In this document: in pieces, positions 57,973-64,000 of the stretch | Layout of the letters: every line of letters begins with the position of its first letter | Position numbering within the stretch: position 1 is the stretch's first letter | Assembly (NCBI GenBank): GCA_033762735.1 | Contig: JANRLJ010000218.1 | Coordinates: forward strand, 8,943-72,942 | Reading direction: 5' to 3' | DNA length: 64,000 nucleotides | Source: a bacterium | Lineage (GTDB): Bacteria; Chloroflexota; Anaerolineae; Aggregatilineales; Phototrophicaceae | Program-made: the position numbers and the translations under genes | Notes under the pieces: generated by a model | Databases searched by the model: none | What the model saw: the letters and a program-made list of their open reading frames with translations, nothing else | Told to the model about the DNA's origin: nothing

Positions 57973-58476
57973 ATGGCCGAGAACGCTTATCACAATGTCT
58001 TTCTCTTTAGTCCGGGCAAATATGGCGGTTATCTTTACGGCGCACGCAAAAAACCACAGGCAGGCGTGGGCTGTTTTGCCCAGATTGGTGCGCTGTTTCT
58101 GGTGCCGGGTGTGGTGATTTCGCTCAGCAGCACGAGCACCGCGCCGATGACGCTGTGGTCTGGTCTGGGATTTGTCGTTGGTGGAGTCTTGTTCCTGCTG
58201 TCCGTACTGCCGCCCTTTGTGCAGCAGCGGCGGGAAACCCAGTTCTACGAACATGGGCAGGTGGTGGTGGCGCAGCTTTTGCACTGGGAAAAGACTCGCG
58301 GCGGTGAGCGGGAGAACAAGCCCAGCGTGTACAGCCTGCGGCTTGAATTTGTCTCGCCGGAAACAGGCGAAGTAGTGGCCCGCGAGATGAAGGTGCGCTG
58401 CCGTTATGCGCCGCCGCCGGTGGGCGCATCAGTCGCGCTGCTGTGGGTCAATTCGCGCCTGGTGCGGCTGATGTAG
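57973..58476 (+). CDS. Hypothetical membrane protein (DUF3592-like)
   Basis: One or two TM segments followed by a beta-rich C-terminal domain (VYSLRLEFVSPETGEVV). Confidence 0.4.
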   Translation: MAENAYHNVFLFSPGKYGGYLYGARKKPQAGVGCFAQIGALFLVPGVVISLSSTSTAPMTLWSGLGFVVGGVLFLLSVLPPFVQQRRETQFYEHGQVVVAQLLHWEKTRGGERENKPSVYSLRLEFVSPETGEVVAREMKVRCRYAPPPVGASVALLWVNSRLVRLM

Positions 58477-58870
58477 GGGAAGTCTCGGACAGCGTTTCCT
58501 ACCTCTGAATTGCATTGTCCGGTACTTGTAGCAGGTTCATAAACGATCATAACAGATCATTCTGCCCTCACCCGAAATCCCGCTGCAAGAGGGACTTAAT
58601 CTCGCAGGGCAGACCTTCTCCCCCTTGTCCAGCACCAGCGTTCGGGAGAGAGGATGCGGGCGTCTGCCTAATGGAAAAACCAACATAAGTACGAATAATT
58701 CGGTGCACGGGCGAGGCGCGCCTCGCCCCTACAGCAACGCCGGAAATGAACAGGCGGTCTTTTGTCGGATGAACCAACAAGTCCTATTCTGCTGAAACAG
58801 CTTTTGCCCAATCCGAGAAAAGGCCGGGTCTGAAAGTGCTTCTCGGTACTTTCGACTCGGTACTCGATAC

Positions 58871-60184
58871 TTACAGATACTGCTGCGCGGCCAGCTTCAC
58901 CACCCCTTCGGGATGGCCGACCAGCCAGCGCAGCGCGTTCAGGCTGCGTTCGCTGCCGATTTTGCCGAAGGCGTGCGCCACCTGCTGCAAAACGGCGGGT
59001 TCGGTGCGTTTGCTCAGCGCTTCCATCAGCGCGTCCTCTGCTTCGGCGGTGCCGATCAGCGCCAGACCGTTGGCCGCCGCCTCTGCCCCGCCGGAACGCC
59101 CGCTGAGCAGCACGGTCGCCAGCGCACTGATGCTGAGTTCACCGCCGATCCGCGCAAGGGCGGCTGCCGCGTGTTCGCGCACCCCCGGCTGCGGATCGGT
59201 CATGGCCTGCGTAAGCAGCGGGATATGCCGCTGTACGCCGGTTTCCGACAACACCTGCGCTGCCATCGTGCGCACTTCCCCGCTGTCATCGCCCAGCGCC
59301 TGCTCCGCCAGTTCCACCGCGACAGGCTCCCGATTGCTGTGCAGCATCCGCAGCGCCCAGGCGCGGCACTCCCAGTACGGTTCGTCCATACACGCCCGCA
59401 GTGCGCCCGTCAGCTTATCCAGCGGTTGAATGGCCGCCAGCGCCAGCGGTGCCAGCTTTGCCCAGTGGGTTTCGGCTTCCTTGCGGGTGCTGCTGGCGAG
59501 GCTGTGGCGGACGTGCTTCCAGAAGATGTACTGCCCGTCGGTGGGGTTAAAGGGCGCGTCCATATCGTGCTGCCACGCCGCCAGCGCGATCACCGCCTGC
59601 CCGCGCAGCCGTTCGATGGGGCTGCGGCAGGCTTCCGCCAGCAGCGCTACCCATTCTTCCTGCCCTTTTTGTGCCAGCGCCGGCAAAATGAAGGACGGGG
59701 ATTTCTGGAACAGCGTGCCCATCGTATTCATGTCGGGGATGCGCAGCGCGGTGCGGGACTCGGTTTTGGGTTTGGCGAGCGCGGCACGAGCGGGTTCGAG
59801 CAGACGGGTGATCGCGGCTTCGATCTCGTCCAGCGAGGCCGACTTGAGCAGAAAGGCATCCGCTCCCACTGCTTTCGCCCGCCGCATTGCTTCCGGGTCG
59901 TCGGCCATCGTAACCATCAGAATCGGAATCGGGGCGGTGTGGATGTTGCCGCGCAGCTTGCGCACCACTTCCGGCCCCTCCAGATCAGGCAGGTTATAAT
60001 CGAGCAGAATCAGGTTGGGATGATAGCGCACTGCCAGTTCATAGCCGCGATGCCCGCTTAGCTCCACGCGCACATCACAGTCCAGTCCCATTAAAATCTG
60101 GCGATAGGGGAAGCGGTGCGCCTGGTCATCGATGACCAGCACCCTGAGTTTATCGGTCGCCGGTGCGTTGAAGATTTCTACCAT
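58871..60184 (-). CDS. Response regulator receiver fused to HEAT/PBS-lyase-like repeat domain
   Basis: Receiver (LVIDDQ...LILLDYNLPDLEG...K), then about 300 aa of HEAT-like repeats (VRTMAAQVL, VREHAAAALARIG). Confidence 0.65.
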   Translation of the reverse strand: MVEIFNAPATDKLRVLVIDDQAHRFPYRQILMGLDCDVRVELSGHRGYELAVRYHPNLILLDYNLPDLEGPEVVRKLRGNIHTAPIPILMVTMADDPEAMRRAKAVGADAFLLKSASLDEIEAAITRLLEPARAALAKPKTESRTALRIPDMNTMGTLFQKSPSFILPALAQKGQEEWVALLAEACRSPIERLRGQAVIALAAWQHDMDAPFNPTDGQYIFWKHVRHSLASSTRKEAETHWAKLAPLALAAIQPLDKLTGALRACMDEPYWECRAWALRMLHSNREPVAVELAEQALGDDSGEVRTMAAQVLSETGVQRHIPLLTQAMTDPQPGVREHAAAALARIGGELSISALATVLLSGRSGGAEAAANGLALIGTAEAEDALMEALSKRTEPAVLQQVAHAFGKIGSERSLNALRWLVGHPEGVVKLAAQQYL

Positions 60185-60195
60185 CAGTGCGTCGT

Positions 60196-61239
60196 TTACT
60201 CCGCGCCTCGTGCGCCGACTACATAGCGCTGCACCACCCGAATCAGTTCTTCGGTCTGGATTGGCTTTTCAAGAATATCCTTGACGCCCTTAAGCACCAG
60301 CATCTCGCGGGTGCGGCGGCCATCCCATTTCAGACTGGTGATAATCACCACCGGAACGCTGGTCTGATAGCGCTGGAGCAGATCGAGCAGGTACATACCG
60401 TCCTGCCCGGTCTTCTGGTCGTCCGGGCCGAGCATCATGTCCAGCGTAATCAGTTCATAACGGTGCTTGCGGATAAGGACGCTGGCTTCGTTCAGGGTGC
60501 TGGCCGTGTGCACCTCAAGCCCCTGCCCGGAAAGAATATCGCGCAGCACTTCCTGCATGGCTTCCATGTCTTCAATTGCCAGCGCCAGCGGTTTCACGTG
60601 GGTGTGTAAGGATGAGGTCGTAATACGGTTTTCGGAAGTTTCTTCTTCCCGTCCCCCCTTCATCTGCGCCGCGTCCCCTCGCGCCGCCTCCCCTCGCGCC
60701 GCGTCTGTCCGTGCCGCGTCCCCTCGCGCCGCGTCTGTCCGTGCCGAATCTATACGCGCCGCATCCACTCGCGCCACTTCGTGCACATTCAGCCCTGGCC
60801 GGGGCGCGGTGTCTTCCAGCGGGTCGCGCTGCTGTTCACCACGCCGCACCACCGCCTGAAACAGGGCGCGGTTCAGCTCCTTAAAGGCCTGTTCCATCCG
60901 GTCGCGGAAGTCGATGTAATGCAGATGATCGAGAAAAGCCGGGAGGGCGGTATAGCGCATCATCAGGGGGATGACCGTGCAGTTGTATTCCTGGGCGCGC
61001 TCGACTTCGTACTGCACCCAGCTTGAGCGCACCGACTCCGGCGTGAGCAGCACCAGCATAGCGACAGATTGGGTGAGCGCCCGGTCAATCGACTTCTTCC
61101 ATTCATCGCCGCCCTTGAGTTCGGTGAAGTCGATCCAGGTGCGAAAGCCCATTTCCTCGACCCGTTGTGAGAAAAGATTCGCGGTGAGACGATCTTCGTG
61201 GCTGTAACTGATAAAAACACCCACTTCCTGTCGCTGCAT
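60196..61239 (-). CDS. TIR domain protein fused via repeat linker to C-terminal response-regulator receiver domain
   Basis: N-terminal TIR signature (VFISYSHEDR...SSWVQYEVERA), the linker DAARIDSARTDAARGDAARTDAARGEAARGDAA, and a receiver with acidic pocket and phosphoacceptor (LAIEDMEA...ELITLDMML...K in LEKP). Confidence 0.7.
   Translation of the reverse strand: MQRQEVGVFISYSHEDRLTANLFSQRVEEMGFRTWIDFTELKGGDEWKKSIDRALTQSVAMLVLLTPESVRSSWVQYEVERAQEYNCTVIPLMMRYTALPAFLDHLHYIDFRDRMEQAFKELNRALFQAVVRRGEQQRDPLEDTAPRPGLNVHEVARVDAARIDSARTDAARGDAARTDAARGEAARGDAAQMKGGREEETSENRITTSSLHTHVKPLALAIEDMEAMQEVLRDILSGQGLEVHTASTLNEASVLIRKHRYELITLDMMLGPDDQKTGQDGMYLLDLLQRYQTSVPVVIITSLKWDGRRTREMLVLKGVKDILEKPIQTEELIRVVQRYVVGARGAE
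60664..60775. repeat. 15-bp tandem repeat (about 7 units) encoding the (D/E)AAR(G/T/I) linker of the TIR-receiver protein
   Basis: GCGCCGCGTCCCCTC / GCGCCGCGTCTGTCC / GTGCCGCGTCCCCTC units are seen directly. Confidence 0.85.
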
Positions 61240-61570
61240 GGCGCGTCCACCTTATGTCATAACGCCCGTAACTTTCGACGGTGCAAAAGCAGCAAGGGCG
61301 TGCGTCATTGAGTTTGGTAGAACCTTGTACTGAGTGTGGATTGTTATAGTGTCCATTCTAAACCAGAACCAGACAATCTCCAAGACGAGCGCCAGAAATT
61401 TACGCAGGGCGCTGCGCAGGTTGTGTAAGGCTGTGGTGCGAGAATTTGCGGCGCGGGAATTCGGTCTTTAGAGGGAAGACAGCGCCACGCACTGGCACTA
61501 CAGTGGAAAGATGCAGCAGAATCGGTCGTCAGCTTAGCATCGCAACGATCAAACGATCACAGGAGTCCTT

Positions 61571-62479
61571 GTGCGCGAACTGTCCTACGAACTGGTCGAT
61601 GTCTTCACCGATGTGGCCTTTGGTGGCAATCAACTGGCCGTCTTCACCGAACCGGGCGACCTTCCTGCGGAAACGATGCAGAAGATCGCCCGCGAACTGA
61701 ACCTGTCGGAGACGGTCTTCGTGCTGCCGCCGCAGGACGCCGCCAATCACTTCCATCTGCGCATCTTCACGCCCGGCATGGAGCTGCCCTTCGCCGGGCA
61801 TCCGACCGTCGGCACCGGATTCGTGCTGCATCGGCTGGGCAAAACAGCGGATACCCAACTGCGGCTGGAAGAAGGCGTCGGGGTGATCGAAGTCGGAATC
61901 CAGCCACAGCCCGGCGGCAAGGTGCTGGTCACGATGCAGCAGCCCGTGCCACAGTTCGGCACGATCTACGAAGACCGCGCGACGCTGGCGGCGGTGCTGT
62001 CGCTCTCGCCGGATGACCTGATCGACTCACTGCCCGCGCAGGTGGTGTCTTCCGGTGTACCGTTCCTCTTCATCCCGGTCAAAGGCCTGCGAGAGATCGG
62101 GCGGAGTCGCGTCCGGCTTGATCTGTGGGAACAGCATGTGCGCGATTTCGCCGCGCCGCATCTGTTCGTCTTCACGCCCGAAGTCGAGCGCAGCGGTTCT
62201 ACCGTGCATTCACGCATGTTCGCGCCTGCGATGGGCATCGCGGAAGACCCGGCGACGGGCGGGGCAAGTGGGCCGCTGGGCGCGTATCTGGTGCGCTATG
62301 GGCTGGCGCGGGCGGCTTCTGAGGGCGTTTACACTATCGTCAGCGAGCAGGGGCTTGAGATGGGACGCCCCAGCTTCATCCAGATCACCATTCAGGGCAC
62401 GCCCGATCAGATCACCGGGGCGAGCATCGGCGGCTACAGCCAGCCCATCGGACGCGGATTCCTCTACCTGCCGGGTTGA
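61571..62479 (+). CDS. PhzF family phenazine-biosynthesis-like isomerase
   Basis: N-terminal [17 protein letters not shown] and a catalytic Glu-containing TVF region, typical of PhzF/DAP-epimerase-fold proteins. Confidence 0.75.
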   Translation: MRELSYELVDVFTDVAFGGNQLAVFTEPGDLPAETMQKIARELNLSETVFVLPPQDAANHFHLRIFTPGMELPFAGHPTVGTGFVLHRLGKTADTQLRLEEGVGVIEVGIQPQPGGKVLVTMQQPVPQFGTIYEDRATLAAVLSLSPDDLIDSLPAQVVSSGVPFLFIPVKGLREIGRSRVRLDLWEQHVRDFAAPHLFVFTPEVERSGSTVHSRMFAPAMGIAEDPATGGASGPLGAYLVRYGLARAASEGVYTIVSEQGLEMGRPSFIQITIQGTPDQITGASIGGYSQPIGRGFLYLPG

Positions 62480-62770
62480 GGGTAAATCGGTAGGACTTAC
62501 ACGGCTGCAACTTTTCTCCCGTAACCTGACGAATTTGTACACGCTCGTCTTTCAACGAAGCGCACCTCCTGGCAGCGGGGAACCAGACTCTCCCCCTTCG
62601 CCCTGAGGGAGAAGGGAGTCGGGGGTTGAGGGCGATGCCGAAGTTCTAAAAGTCTTTTTACAACCCGACGGTTCCCCGGCGCATCACCGCCCTTCGCCTT
62701 GCGCTTGTAGGCGAATCCGGGGATTTGGCTTACAATGGAAAGACTTAACGTGACAGCGAAAGGGATCTGT

Positions 62771-64000
62771 ATGTTCAAAGCGCGGAGATTTATCTTCATC
62801 CTGGCGCTGCTGACCGTCATGGTGCTGGGCGCCACACTCGCCGCAGCACAGGACGCAGAGTCGATTGCTATCGGTGACACCGTTCAGGGGACACTCTCCG
62901 ACGATGCCCGCCGTGCTCAGTATAGCTTCGAGGGCAGTGAAGGTCAGGACGTGACCATCACCCTCACTTCGGATGATTTCGATGCCTATCTGCTGCTGCT
63001 CGATGAGGGCGGCGAGGTGCTGGCCGAAGACGACGACAGCGCCGGGCAACTGGATTCGCAGATCGTCTATTCCCTGCCCGATGATGCTGAATACACCATC
63101 GTCGCCACCAGCCTGCGCGAATACACCTCCAACGGGGAATTCTTCCAGGCCGGGGATTTCACGCTCGAACTGACGGCTGAGGACGGGTCGAACACACAGC
63201 AGCAACAGCAGGGGCAGACTCCTACCCCCACTCCAGAATCGCAACAGCAACAACAGCAGCAGACCCAGACAGGCGACCCCGGCAGCATCGCCGTCGGGGA
63301 TACCGTCGAAGGCACACTGGACGAAGCCACGCCCCGCGCGACCTATGCGCTGGAAGGCGCGGCAGGTCAGGAAGTGACCATCACGCTCACCTCGCCCGAT
63401 TTCGACGCCTATCTCGTCCTGACCGACGAAGCGGGCGATGTGCTGGCCGAAGACGATGACAGCGCCGGACGACTCGACTCGCAGATTGTCTACACGTTTG
63501 AGGACGCGGGCACTTATACCATCATCGCCACCAGCCTGCGCGAATTCCGCTCGGAGGGCGAAAACTTCGCCAGCGGCAGCTACACGCTCGCGGTGACGGG
63601 CGAAGGCGGCCAGACGACCCAGGCGACCGAAGAACCGACCGAGCCGACCGATCAGCCGCAGCAGACGGGCGACGGTACGATTGCCCTGGGCGGCAGCGTG
63701 GACGGTACACTGGAAGAAGCTTCCACCAGCTTCACCTTTGAGGGTGAGGCCGGGCAGACCATCACCGCCACGCTGACCTCCACCGATTTCGACCCCTATC
63801 TGCAACTGGTGAATGCCAGCGGCGATGTGCTGGCGGAAGACGATGACAGCGCCGGACGGCTGAATTCACAGATCGTATTTGAACTGCCTGAATCCGGTTC
63901 CTATGCGCTGGTCGTGACCAGTTTCCGCGCCATCAGCAGCGAGGGCAACGAGATCGCAACGGGCAATTTCAATCTGCAACTGAGCGCGGACGGCGACGTC
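62771..64000 (+). CDS. Secreted protein with at least three tandem PPC (bacterial pre-peptidase C-terminal)-like repeats; 3' end beyond window
   Basis: ATG at 62771 (AAAGGGA RBS) with a signal peptide. Repeats of about 130 aa each contain GDTVxGTL...Y.F...GQ.VTITL.S.DFD.YL.L.D..G.VLAEDDDSAG. The ORF is open to the window end, so it is absent from the ORF track. Confidence 0.65.
   Translation, partial: MFKARRFIFILALLTVMVLGATLAAAQDAESIAIGDTVQGTLSDDARRAQYSFEGSEGQDVTITLTSDDFDAYLLLLDEGGEVLAEDDDSAGQLDSQIVYSLPDDAEYTIVATSLREYTSNGEFFQAGDFTLELTAEDGSNTQQQQQGQTPTPTPESQQQQQQQTQTGDPGSIAVGDTVEGTLDEATPRATYALEGAAGQEVTITLTSPDFDAYLVLTDEAGDVLAEDDDSAGRLDSQIVYTFEDAGTYTIIATSLREFRSEGENFASGSYTLAVTGEGGQTTQATEEPTEPTDQPQQTGDGTIALGGSVDGTLEEASTSFTFEGEAGQTITATLTSTDFDPYLQLVNASGDVLAEDDDSAGRLNSQIVFELPESGSYALVVTSFRAISSEGNEIATGNFNLQLSADGDV

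Noticed and set aside
60664-60775. 15-bp tandem repeats as a possible intergenic VNTR or CRISPR-like feature
   Set aside because: They are in frame inside the TIR-receiver ORF and encode a DAARx linker. They are reported as a coding repeat, not as an intergenic element.
1-64000. Transposase, integrase, phage, rRNA or tRNA genes
   Set aside because: No ORF shows DDE, tyrosine- or serine-recombinase motifs. No tRNA-like T-loop (GGTTCGAATCC-type) sequences or rRNA-like regions were found by eye. The only mobile-type features are non-autonomous MITE/REP-like repeats.

Overview
GC-rich bacterial chromosomal segment. The gene content (three BLUF photoreceptor paralogues, secreted PA14/SpoIID/PPC multidomain proteins, NfeD-flotillin, mgtE) and the very dense short palindromic repeats suggest a Chloroflexi-like organism; this is an inference. 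I support about 50 protein-coding genes, no rRNA or tRNA, and no transposase or integrase.

Main points:
- (1) A five-gene cluster at 7972-16170: SWIM zinc-finger protein, DUF5691-like protein, MoxR-type AAA ATPase, DUF5682-like protein and a vWA protein with an intact MIDAS. Function is unknown; a conflict or defence-like NTPase system is my inference. The cluster is physically punctuated by three blocks of one repeat family, including an ~0.9-kb complex tandem array that superficially resembles CRISPR but is not.
- (2) A TlpA/ResA-like thioredoxin-fold lipoprotein whose first CxxC cysteine position carries an in-frame TGA (49740-50354). This is a candidate selenoprotein that the ORF track splits into two ORFs.
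- (3) A TIR-domain/receiver fusion with a 15-bp tandem-repeat linker, in an operon with a receiver-HEAT protein.
- (4) Two lower-GC restriction-modification cassettes, one fused by TAATG overlap onto a housekeeping aminopeptidase gene.
- (5) Two families of MITE/REP-like elements. One appears to have been exapted as an in-frame interdomain linker and as the RBS and signal-peptide start of a giant secreted protein.
- (6) A terminator/attenuator hairpin in the mgtE leader.

Many long ORFs in the six-frame track are antisense shadow ORFs typical of GC-rich DNA and were rejected.
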